64,000 nucleotides of DNA from Oopsacas minuta (Eukaryota > Animalia > Porifera). Numbering within the stretch: position 1 is the stretch's first letter; each line of letters begins with the position of its first letter. The notes under the pieces are model-generated. The model ran no database searches. It saw only the letters and a list, made by a program, of their open reading frames with translations, and was not told the DNA's origin. Positions 44,401 through 56,200 of this stretch are shown here, in pieces. Both the position numbers and the translations under genes were made by a program. Location: assembly GCA_024704765.1 (NCBI GenBank), contig JAKMXF010000033.1, positions 186,001 through 250,000 on the forward strand, read 5' to 3'.

Positions 44401-47400
44401 AACAGGCTCTCCCCTCGCATGCGCTGTCAAACATATTATTTTAATTAAAGGAGACTTATATTTTCTAAACTTACATTTGTCCATAGGATATTTTCTTTTC
44501 CCTCTCTTTCTTGACTTAAGTAAGTATTCCTGTTGAGAAACGAGCAGTTTAGGAGTTGGTACTACTATTTCCTTGTCTGTTTTATTCGGGTCTACTGCTA
44601 CCACATTCTTAGCCCTGTAAGCTAATGAATTACAGCTGTAATTGAATTGACATACTGCGGGGTCTGGTTGTTTTATTGCAGCTGAGTTTGACCTAAAAAA
44701 TATTACAAATATAAACAAGGAAACGGGGTAGCATTTCCGACGTCTCTAGCACTCCGTTTGTGAAGGTTACACTATACTATCATTTAATTAGCTAGCTAGA
44801 AGTATAATGCTATATGGAAAGCGGCAATTCACGCACTATTCAAGTGCTAATTTATTCCACAGACGGTGGGAACAAGTTGTGTCAGCTCTCTGGGTGCGTT
44901 ATCCGAACCCTCAAAGTAAACACGTACTATCTGACGACACTATATCCCGGACTATAGTGAATGGAAAGCTCATAACAAAACGCCTGATCTCTAAGACAAC
45001 GAAGCTTCCTAACTGGGCTTCCCGGATAGTAGGAGGTAGACGTGTGGGGTATATAGTAGAAGAATCTATCATGGATCCTCTACGTAAACATATGGTCACA
45101 TACAGCAGGACTATTTCAATGCCTTGGGTACTATATGTAATAGAAAAATCTGTATACACCATGTCTAATGATAACAAAAACATGACACAGGTATACAAGG
45201 ATGCTTGGTTCTCTTCACAAATGTATGGACTTGCTAGTTTAGTACAATCATTCTCTTGTCGCAAATATGTGAAGAATGTAGAGAGATCGGAAAAGGGTTT
45301 ACAATACGTATTGGAAACTCAATTTACATCCATACCCACTGGCTCAAGAAATAAAATATAAAACATTCAAGAATCCGTTATTTCTATTCAGCTGATCATT
45401 CTACAAATCTTTAAACATCTGTATGACGAATTTTTTGAGTTTATTCTTTATTAAATGTATTTTACCAGTTTCTCTTGTTATTACTGAATAGGGAAGGTGG
45501 GAAGCCAGCAGCACTAAATCCTAGTGAATCCAATTCTCTTGCACTGTTCTTATAGTTAGCCGGGTTTAAGCTGAATTCTTGGTGCTTTTTATTCCGTTTC
45601 TTTCTAATATCTAACATATTTAAGTGTATTACTCGACAGATTGACAGTATATGTACATTTCATTACTTACCAAAGTTAACTACAATCTTACTGCTATTAG
45701 ATATCATATCAGCCATCAGCCAATAGTAGTCCAAATCTGCTACCGTGTCCAGTTGTATCACGTATGTAGGCAGATAGTCTCTAGCTTCATTAGTGAAGTA
45801 TGCGTGTCTGGATCCATGAGCCTCTCTGGAGGTGTCAATTAGTTTCAGTGTCGGTTTGATATAAGCATATACTGTCTCTAGGTTTAAGTGCAGATCTATA
45901 GCCTTGTTTATTCCTGGTTTAGTCCCTCCTTCTAGTTCTATTGCTCCTATCTCGTACAGCTGTACAAGTTGTTCTCTGTACTTAATGGAATATCTCCTAT
46001 ATTAGAACCAACAACGGTTAATACGAGCACGGTTAAACGAACAAATTTTACCGTCCGTAGGTATTCGTATTTATGAGGACAATACCTCTTTAGTCTTGAA
46101 ACGCCTGTTCCTAGTTTATCAAAATTAACATGAGCTTTAGGCAGATCTCTCTTATTCGGGTCAGACAGAATATCTCTAATAGCCCCTGATAGATTATGGT
46201 AATCTTTGATTTGTGCATTTAGAGCGTAAAACAATGAGAATGGAATACATCTTAGTGCTATAGCAGCATTAATCCAACCAGGACCGTGATCCTCTGTATC
46301 AGGAAACTGATGAATTTTATTCAGCCATGAATATGGAAGTTCCTTTAGAGAATGGAATTCCATTTCTGTAATACAAATTTATGATAGTAGTTCCCAACCA
46401 AATACCATTGAAATAATGTATTGCCGTTATTTAGCTTACCAGATCCATACACCAATAAATACAGGTATATGTGTAGAGCTCTTAACTTCTGGAATTTAGG
46501 TAGGGCTTGTGTTAGGTCTCTATTAAATGGGGTGTTAGAAGGACCACGAATCGCAGGCTCCATCCATGAAATCCTGTCAGTCAATCTAATGAATAGAGCC
46601 TCAGATTTGTTAACCATTCTAGGAGAAGTGAGATCTTCTGTATGGTATAAATAGACTCTATCTGACCGCGTACTTCCTTCACTCGTAACTTCTAACAAGA
46701 ATTGGTGAATATATCCTTCTATCTGTAGCTGAGACAGATGACGTAATACTGTACGCGCGTCTAGCTTGTAGGTAACCCCAGCCTCTTTATCTTTCTGTGT
46801 CAGAAATGCTCTTAAGCCTACTCTTTCTATAATAACTTTCTTCTGCTTAAAATATGCGATTACATCGGCGCGTCTACGCTCGTATATGTCTGTACCGACT
46901 ATGTATATTAGACATTAGGTACAATTCATGTTTAAAGTATACTGCTACTCACGTAGTTTCCTAGACTCCATCTGGGGCTCTACATAACTAAGCTTCACTT
47001 CTGTATCCATGGAGCCGAATCTCTCACTAAGCAGATCGAGCAGTTTATTGAGCTCTTCTTGTGGGAACATAACTCCTCCTCTCTCCTTCCTCAGAGTACC
47101 CAGAGGTACAACAGGGCTGTCATCAGCTGTAATTTCTTCTGTATCAGAATATTCTGATGCAAGTAAGGAATCATCTTGGATGTCAAATAACTCACTCTTT
47201 TGAGAAGCTCCTTCAGTTATCTCCTCGCTTATACAACTAAAAATACAAAATATTACGCTAATCTTTACCTTATATTTATCACAACAATTGATAACCTTGT
47301 AGTCAGTGTACCACACAAATGTATTACCTCTGCCTGGAGTTATCTTGTGAATCTGATAATTCTATAACAGGAGTTTGTGTTGGTACAGCAGCTCTGCTAT

Positions 47401-50400
47401 GAGTTGGCCTGTGCTGAGAAGATGGAGAGCTAACAACTAGAGATTGTGTATAATACTATTTTTTATTTGTGCATGTATTAATATTACCATCAGCTGATGT
47501 TTGCATTGGAGAGGAATTTGAAGGTTGATGAGTTTGTTTGGGAGCTTTTTTCTGAACTGGCTGTTTTGCCTTGTGTGTGTTATACCCCATATTATTAGAC
47601 TTTTTCCCCTTCGCAAAGCAAGAAGCAACCACCCTATACAAACGACGAATATAGAGGACAAATTCCCGTTTAAGTAATTGCTCGAATAATTATTTACCTG
47701 AATTTTCTAATGAGCTTTTTCGATTCATGGTGATGATGATCTTCCAGTTTGCTAACTACTAACCCTGCTGCTTCTAGAGTAATAGGGACCCTCCTTGCAA
47801 TCAGCTGATTTATGGGTAGAGATCTGATTATGTCTGGGAGATATAGTCCCTCAGTACCTGCTTCATGTATAAGTCTGTAACATTGTACAAACAGTGTACT
47901 GTCTCTGTGATAACTGACTAGGCGAATGGGTTGAGATAAGTCCTCGTCTTCTACAAATATTGTATATGTTTGAACTTACAGTCAACTCCGGTTACATAGA
48001 AAATGCTAACTCATATCGAAGCCTGAATTTATACAAATATACCCAAACCGTCAGTGTACTAGTTATAATTTCGCGTCTTTTGGTGGTTAAGATCGACCGA
48101 TTTACATAGCTGCCCCTTTCGCTAAATTAATTGCTAGTATACTATGAAACATATAGAGAGCTTACTATTCTCATTCCCACTGGAATCTTCATCTCCTGAA
48201 GACCCCTCATTCAGGATATCCTCCGGGATTTGAGAAACCGGTTGAACCAGTTTATATTTAGCACTGTCCCCCACTTGTGCCCGTGATATTACTCCCTTTG
48301 ATACCAAACTGTCAACACTCTCGCCTCCCTAGTAAACAATAACAAACGAGTTTAATATAGGTGATAATAAATATTTCTTCACATACAATAAATACTTTCA
48401 TATATGTCATATATTAGTCATACGCGATACACGCAACTTTGTGATTATCCACACTCAAACGGGGTAGTAAATCTACCAAACGATTGTGTCTTAGAAATTC
48501 CACATACCCCAAACAATCTCTCCAATCTATACGCAGTTTCCAGTGTCCGAACTCCTGCATGAATTTTATCTTATCTTTCAATTCCACAGGCTCGTTTATG
48601 TGGAATACTTTTACTTCCTGCAGCATATCTTTGTCAAGGAAATTACAACGTCTACACACAATAGTTTCCGGTAGCAAAAGAATAGCTATCCTTCCTTTCA
48701 TAGTGATTCCACGGCCGAATGATGTTTTGCTATTTATACTAGCGTGCCAGGAGATCTCCAACTGATCGAAGGCATAATTAAGATTGTATTGTTGATTATA
48801 CGCGTGGCTATTAGCGAGGTGTAATGTATGCCATAGCATTTCTACTTGTTGAGTTGGCTTTATGAATATGAATCCGGTTGAAACTGTATCTCCCCATTTC
48901 TCTGCTAGTTTCACAGGAAGAACATCTCTCCCTGCTATTACGTCATACTCAGAATACGTATTGGTCATATAGTATATGTCTTGTAGGATAATAGCATCAA
49001 GGTCTATTAGCAGAGCTGAATATCCAAGATAGTTCAGTAGCCAAGCTACCATGAATTTACAGGTTTGTATTTTATGTCTAAGAGGAGATTGTGAAAACCC
49101 GTAACTATGGTTCAACAATGGAATGTTGTCAGGGATAATTTGTACATGACCTGTTCTGTATCTTTCGAGGAAATTGCTGGCCTCTATATCCAGTGATACA
49201 ACAAGGAGGTTATCTATAAGAACTGATGCTTCATTGTAACTATCCTCTACGAAAATAAGCCAATTTAAGAACATTTCTATCAAGTCATTAGTGAGTACAA
49301 TTACTGTAGCTAATTTAGTGGGGAATGATTGTACTGTAGTAGTTACTTGTAACACCCATTCTTGCTCCATAATTCGGGTAGATTCCTCCAATTCTCCGAG
49401 GGGTAGAGGAATGGAATAACCAGGAGAGCTCTCCCATGCTTTGTTTCGTAGATGGATCAGATCTATAGATCTCTCTGTCAGTGATTTATCCACTGGAACA
49501 TTTGCTGATACCATAGCCTCATTATCTTTGTAACTTACGAACCAACAGGGTAACAAAAAGGGGCGGAGAGCAGCGGGGGCATAGACGCACGAAGTGAAAT
49601 ATAAGAACAAAGATATAAACACAACACCCCCAATTGTCACATATCTTAAAGAGTGAAACAGGATTTGACATTGTCTCCAGAACTTATCTTCGTTCTGGTA
49701 TCTGTACAGTATATTATTGTAGTATTGTTGTATTGAGACCATGCTACGTAGCAAACAGTCATACACTCTGTGGATAAATATATAGCTGGCTTATAAAGCT
49801 TATGGGTCTGTTTCAGCAATAAATAGTATAGAAATGCATTGAAGTTCTTTTTGCAACTAACAACAACACAGCAGCCGCGAGCAAAGTATACGAAGAGCAT
49901 ATTTGGCCGCAGCTAGCTTCATCCTTATAGAAACTCGTTTATGAACAGAAGATCTGTTTGTGATAAGCTTAAGTAACTGTGAAGACATTTACAGTGTGTA
50001 TATGGCAACCAATTTTTGTGTATGTTAGTAAATCTAAGCTCTTATAAGTAGTGTGTAAAGGTGATATATGAGCATGAGATTAATGCTCAGGTTTTCTGTA
50101 ATAGCAGAGTAACTAAATCAGTTCTCTTTTCTGTAATTATTATTCCAAAAGAATGATCTATTTGCAAGTTGTTACATGACACTAATGTGAATGATTTAAT
50201 GATTGTAAATCTCGAGGAAATATCTAGTTTAATCGAACTTACAAATTTGGACTTTAAGACTTTCCTAGTAGCAGATTTCCCTTCTAATCCATCCAAGAAC
50301 TGAACTATACCTAGCTTATCTTTACCTTGAAAGATGGTATTTACACTAGGAGTATTCTTGTACTTTATGAGACGTATTAAACTGCCATTAATTAGATGTC

Positions 50401-52672
50401 CCTCATTCATATAGTTTACTGGCTAAACACAATATTTAAGAATTAATTAATACAGAACAATTCGTCGAATAGCAACTGTCTTCAAGGACATAGGGAAAAT
50501 CGTGCAAAATAGCATTTGCTAATAGGTGAACTCACTATACCAGAATTAATTCTATTTTTCTGTATGTTTTAGTGTATTTACAGTAGTAATGGCAGGAGAG
50601 GATAAGAACCCTGTCGTATTCTTTGACATATCAATAGCAGGTCAGGATATAGGACGTGTAAAGATAGAATTATTTGCAGATATTGTACCACGTACTGCTG
50701 AGAACTTCAGACAGTTATGTACAGGAGAGTACAAGAAAAATGGAGTACCTATTGGCTATAAAGGAGCACCGTTTCACAGGATTATCAAAGACTTTATGAT
50801 CCAAGGAGGTGATTTTATTAAGGGCGACGGGACAGGTATTTTAACAATTTCCCCAAAAAAGTATTCCATTATTTATTTGATATGTATGTAGGTAGTACTT
50901 GTATTTATGGAGCTTCTAATTTCGCTGATGAACACTTCAATCTAAAACACGAATCAGCAGGAATATTATCAATGGCGAACAGTGGGAAAGATACTAACGG
51001 ATGTCAGTTCTTCATAACTTGTGCTAAATGCGAGTATTTAGACAATAAACACGTGGTATTTGGTAGAGTAGTTGATGGTATGCTTGTCATACGGAAGATT
51101 GAAAATGTTCCAGTGGGACCTAACCACTCCCCCAAACTGGCTGTAGTGGTAACAGAATGTGGACAAATGTAGTAATTCCTAAATAATTAAATAATCTTAC
51201 TTCTACTTGAATAAATCCTAACTCTCTAAAATCCTTGATTATGCGAAAAGCCTTTGTTCCTTTATACTCAGTAGCAAACGAGGAGTTCAGGATATGTCTC
51301 ATTATCCCAAAATTCCTACTCTTCCCTACCGTCTCTATGACTGAGTAATGTTTAGGGCTTGACCTCATCCAAGCGGGGTCAGTCATTGGACCAGTTAGTT
51401 TATGCTCACGTATGTTTTGATTAGCGACCAGCACGAGATTATCTCCATATCTAGAGTTACCAGTTTAATTAAGACCTGTATTGTGTACTTAGGGTATGGC
51501 GAATTGTCCCGAGACATAGCTAAGGGAAGAGGGCACTCTGACCTACATTTTGCAGTTTTGAGCAATAAAACAACTCATAGTTTTTGTATATCCACTTGCA
51601 ATCATTTTGGCTTAATCAATACAAAAATGTGTGTGTTTTGTCTATAACTGTATTTCGCTGATTAATCTTCTATGTGATATAACATACTTATGTACTGCAG
51701 CTGTAAATGTTATGTTGGAATCTGTAATACTCTTTGTGATATCAATCCTCTCTTTATAGTGCTCACAGCATCCCCACACATCTAGTTTATCGTCCTTATT
51801 CATTTTCCATGAGTTAGGTGGGGGAATATACAAACGCTGTTTGTTCGCTATGACGTCAGATTGCCAATAAGAATCCTATACAGTATAACTTGGCTAATTA
51901 ACACGTACTCTTGCTTTCAAAGCAAATCTAGTTCCCATTCATTATAATAATACAATACCTATTGTAGAATAATGTGATATGGTCCTACGTCCTATCTCAA
52001 TTTTCCACATTGCGAAAATGACAATTTTCACACTATTAAGGGCAATAATGTACATTTAAGAATTCCATATTTGTCTGATATTTGTATTAGTTTTATGCTC
52101 CTTAGAACATAATGCTGAAGAATATTCCACATAAGAAATAACAGCCGAACCGATGATCTCGTTAATTCAGAAGTTCAGCTAATTATTATTAATTTTACCG
52201 ACGATATAAATAAGTACAAAACAATAGATTATTATTCATTACTTACGTAGAATACGTTATTAACAAGAACTGGCTTGGGAGTTGTGTAGAATGCAATCAT
52301 ACAGCCTTTCTCTTTGCTAGACAATTTGACCATTTCTTCCCAAATGCTCTGTTTGTATGTATCAGGTATGACTTTACTATTGATACGATCTTCTAAGCGA
52401 ATCCATAACAATTGGAGAGGAGCTCCTAAACGATACAGTTATCTATAATCTGGGGATATGGAATACAGAGGATCAATACATGTTCATATAACCGTCATAC
52501 AAGAATATAAGAAAACTATATGTTCTCATAACCGGCATCCACTATAATTAGTATAAATTTTGTTAGTGTTCGTATTAACGAGTATCTACTGTAAGATAAT
52601 TGAATGGTAATTACCTTCTAATCCTGACAGAGCTATCTCTTCTATGCAAATGTTGAATGTATCACTAATCAT
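41452..52672 (-). CDS. GTF3C1: TFIIIC subunit 1 (B-block binding), about 25 exons, host of three nested genes
   Basis: [19 protein letters not shown]|[27 protein letters not shown]-block [82 protein letters not shown]|[20 protein letters not shown]. These pieces are collinear with human GTF3C1, and the joins across all three nested genes stay in frame. Confidence 0.88.
41824..41944. repeat. 57-bp tandem duplication in the last GTF3C1 intron
   Basis: 41824-41880 and 41881-41937 differ at one base, followed by a partial third copy. Confidence 0.9.
44807..45361 (+). CDS. PRELID1: PRELI domain protein 1 (Ups1-like lipid transfer), intronless, nested antisense in the GTF3C1 intron 44693-45465
   Basis: [64 protein letters not shown]. 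Confidence 0.9.
   Translation: MLYGKRQFTHYSSANLFHRRWEQVVSALWVRYPNPQSKHVLSDDTISRTIVNGKLITKRLISKTTKLPNWASRIVGGRRVGYIVEESIMDPLRKHMVTYSRTISMPWVLYVIEKSVYTMSNDNKNMTQVYKDAWFSSQMYGLASLVQSFSCRKYVKNVERSEKGLQYVLETQFTSIPTGSRNKI
48414..49742 (-). CDS. Type II membrane nucleotide-diphospho-sugar transferase (PF03407/GT77-like), intronless, nested on the same strand in the GTF3C1 intron 48329-50242
   Basis: First in-frame ATG at 49742 (442 aa). Features: TM anchor [29 protein letters not shown]..(V)[23 protein letters not shown] (DxD), [10 protein letters not shown], and a late H.N motif. Confidence 0.75.
   Translation of the reverse strand: MVSIQQYYNNILYRYQNEDKFWRQCQILFHSLRYVTIGGVVFISLFLYFTSCVYAPAALRPFLLPCWFVSYKDNEAMVSANVPVDKSLTERSIDLIHLRNKAWESSPGYSIPLPLGELEESTRIMEQEWVLQVTTTVQSFPTKLATVIVLTNDLIEMFLNWLIFVEDSYNEASVLIDNLLVVSLDIEASNFLERYRTGHVQIIPDNIPLLNHSYGFSQSPLRHKIQTCKFMVAWLLNYLGYSALLIDLDAIILQDIYYMTNTYSEYDVIAGRDVLPVKLAEKWGDTVSTGFIFIKPTQQVEMLWHTLHLANSHAYNQQYNLNYAFDQLEISWHASINSKTSFGRGITMKGRIAILLLPETIVCRRCNFLDKDMLQEVKVFHINEPVELKDKIKFMQEFGHWKLRIDWRDCLGYVEFLRHNRLVDLLPRLSVDNHKVACIAYD
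50589..51172 (+). CDS. PPIH: Cyclophilin H (U4/U6 snRNP PPIase), nested antisense in the GTF3C1 intron 50423-51200
   Basis: Exons 50589-50835 and 50892-51172: [65 protein letters not shown]. Confidence 0.95.
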
Positions 52673-53146
52673 TTACTCAACTAATACACACATATAGTGA
52701 ATCAGGCCTTCTTATAGCCCTAATAATGTCATATACCTCTTCACTAACAGCAAACCAATTAATGGGAAATCACTGGGTTTAGCTGGTAAACGATTTCCCC
52801 ATGGCAACGTGTTTATTCCATTGGTATGTAAATAATAATGATAGAAATATATAGAGTCGTATGGTTTTCATTTAATCGTGTTTTTTGTATTTTTACTCTT
52901 CTTTCAGAAAGTGAATATGCGAAAATCTCAAAGGTACAACAGACAGTATATTGGTAAGTAAATCTAAAAGTAATTATAAGTAATTATAAGTATGCTAAAT
53001 ACGAAGAACTATGAAACTAGCATCAATTCGGTAAGAAGAGATTCGAGTTACTTTACAGCGATATTTGATGTTAAGATTAAGAGAGAGGAATTTCTGTCTA
53101 GGTGTTGAGCTTAAATTTTTACAGTCAGGCTACTTGTGAATAAGTA

Positions 53147-53147
53147 G

Positions 53148-53186
<39 letters not shown>

Positions 53187-53188
53187 AG
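53147..53188. repeat. (GTT)n microsatellite downstream of RBM26
   Basis: About 13 tandem GTT units. Confidence 0.9.
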
Positions 53189-53227
53189 TTGCGGATCTTG
53201 GTAAAAGGAATTTCATAAATTACGTGT

Positions 53228-56200
53228 TTAAACTTTGTCTCGTCTCCTCCAATAAACTTCTTCTTCATCATCATTATCTGAGTCATCACAAATTGAAACT
53301 TTCGGTTCAAGAAAATTAAAATAATCGATTTCACTTGGACTGCCAATTGACCCAAAACCTTCTTCGGGCATAGACAATGCTTCTGAAGACTCCATAGCAT
53401 TATCTGTATCATCCATGAGTAAGGCTTGCTTGTTGAAAGCAATCTAAAAGGAAAGTAATAATTAAATTAACAAATATTGGAAACAAAGCAATAATAAGAA
53501 ACATGGAAATGCGCCTTACGCATTTCCAAAGAATACGTCAATATGAAACTTGCAAATTTGTATTAAATACTGTATTACTGATATTATCAAACAAACAGCC
53601 TATTAAGGAAGTGGTAAGATACCAAACTATGATGCATTGTTATGACACGAAACATACTTTGCGATATTTCTAACAACTCAGCAAAATTTCACACATTTGC
53701 ATTTTTGAAATATTAAGATAAACACATGCACACACTAAAACGTTAATTAATAACTCACATTAAACTCTGGGGTAAGGAGGTCTCCGTTAGCACCCATGTT
53801 CCTTTCTCCTGCCAATTCCAAGAGTCCAGGGCGTGAGAACTGTAAATTAAACCCGGGATGTACTGGCTTTGTGTGTGCTCGTGAGTTTACATACTTTAAC
53901 TGAGAACGGAGCGGTTTCTTCGGAACAGACCATTTCATAATAAGATTACGGCCTTTGAAAGGGTAAGTGGAATGCACGAGTTTCTCAGCTTCCTGTCTAG
54001 ACCTGTATGTAACTAGCAGTTGATTATCTTCAGGCTTGAAATTAACCTGCTCAATAATCCCAAATCTCTCCAAATAAGTCATAAGCTCTTCTTTCTCAGA
54101 TGGCTTTATAGATAAGATTAAGAGAGAGCGCGGTTTCCTGCTAATAATTCCTCTCAGGTCTTTATGCACCTGTCCAGGAGATCTCACAGCTCTGCTCTTG
54201 TCTATTGTCTGTCTCAATTCCTGTAATTTCTTCTCTTTAGCAGAACGGTTAACTATCTTAACTGTCTCATTACGTAGAGCTTGAGCCTGCTCAGTGCTTG
54301 TCTTCCATTTTGTTAACTTTACATCAATCTCTATTATTTGTGTTCTAATTCGTTCCTTCTCAATCAGTGAGGAGGATTTGGTTAACATTTCAAACAGCTG
54401 TTTCTGCTGTTTAAGACACGTATTTATAAGGTCTTGTTTCCGTTTTTGTATTTCCAACTTCTTTTCAATCATTTTAGTGTCAATCGTTGGAGTATTTACT
54501 TTAGGTTTAATATTAGCTTGTTGTTTGTTCTCCATTGATATGTTAGATCGTGATAAAGACTCTGATAACAATGTGGTAGGTGTGTCCAGAACCTCTGGGG
54601 ATAATTCAGTCCGGTCTATATCTGATTCTGATTTGGAAGTTTGTAGAGGTCCAGTAGCTGCTACGGTAGCCAACTCGATTGGACTTGTTATTTCAAATGA
54701 TTTTAGTTTGGGAGGAAAAGTTGTATTACGGTCACGTTTGGAGTAGAATACACGGATAAACCTATTTCCAAGGACAGCGTCTGAACAATCGTGGGCTTTC
54801 TTTGCTTCGTGTGGGGTTACAAATCTCACTAGAGCTCCTTCTGGATCGTTATCGTATCTAACCTGAAGATAAATAGAATAATTCTATTGAATTATTGTAG
54901 CTATTTATACACATTTCTTGAAACTTACAGAAATTTTATGAATTCGGATATTAAATCTATTTTTAGAAATGATATAATAGATTTCCATATTTTTGCTTAT
55001 TAAGTTTTGAAGTTCATAGAAAAAGCCAAAGTTCTGATCGATATATTACGTACAACACTATTCATTGAGTTAATTACAGTCAACTCCTGTCATATCGAAG
55101 CTCAAGGGACTGTGATAATTACTTCGATTTTCCTGATGAAACATGTTGAATTGACGGTTTGGGACCATATTTGTACAATTACAGACTTCAATATTAGCGG
55201 GTATTAAGATACATCCGTGTTAGATATGACGGGAGTTGACTGTAGCGTGTATGTAATCCATACAGGGGCCAGTATATGTATTACCTGTACATTAACGACT
55301 GTACCAAACTTCTCAAAATAATTACTGAGCTTAGCTACTGTATTCAGCTCAACAGGGACTTTACGTAGAATCAGTGCTGTAGAGAGCTGATTGGAGTGAG
55401 AGTACTTCTTAATTCCACCGTTTGATATGGTTGTCATGCTAATACCGTCCGTTGAATTCGAATTCACAGAATGTATATGATTGCTATAAAATGGAAGAAT
55501 AATGATACTTTTAAGATAAACTAATGAATAACTAAGCTAGCTAAACTTGAATGTCTTCAATCAAGTTTCAGTAGATAGTAATTCATTATCAAATGGGAGA
55601 TAATATTCAATGGAATGTTTTTAACTTAATCCGTCGATGAGCCAACAAACCACACGCACTAGCGAACAGATGTATTGTATAATTTATATGTGAGAGCTGT
55701 ATCTGCTTACTTCTAAGATAAACGGGCGAGTTAGTCAGCGAAAAAACTGAAAATATACGAATTCCGTAGTGAGTAATATTAAACTTTGGCATTTCCAATA
55801 AATATAAAGATGCATGATACAATGGATGCCGGCTATAACCACGAAAACAGTTCTCACATATTCCTGTATATCTTATGCCGGTTATAAGAAGGTGTATTGC
55901 TATCTATAGTGCTATAATATTAATTGAGTTAATAACTAACTATTTAGCTTGAGATTGTATAGGCTTTACATCCAGATCAACTGGGGGAGGAATACCATGT
56001 GCACCAGATATCGGTACAGTATTATCACCGTCTATACTGTCATAAGCTGGATTCTCAGGGTTATAGCCATCTGTTGCTGATATAGGTCTTGTAACCGGCA
56101 TGACAGGAGTTGGTATAGGAAGTTGTGTAACAGTCGGGGGTAGTATTAATCTGTACAAAAAAAGTCAATGACTAGAGTTCGTATAAAATATTTTTTAGGA

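Noticed and set aside
49760-49767. ATGA stop-start overlap shared by both same-strand nested genes
   Set aside because: The ATG at 49762 is out of frame with the glycosyltransferase, whose start is 49742, so the coincidence holds only for ZC3H.
50087-51833. ORFs 50087-50410, 51120-51434 and 51642-51833 as separate genes
   Set aside because: They contain GTF3C1 exons plus read-through into introns.
53228-53416. 62-aa acidic ORF as an independent micro-protein
   Set aside because: It is in frame from the acceptor at 53443 and joins the RBM26 donor at 53759; it supplies the family's acidic + WRR C-terminus.
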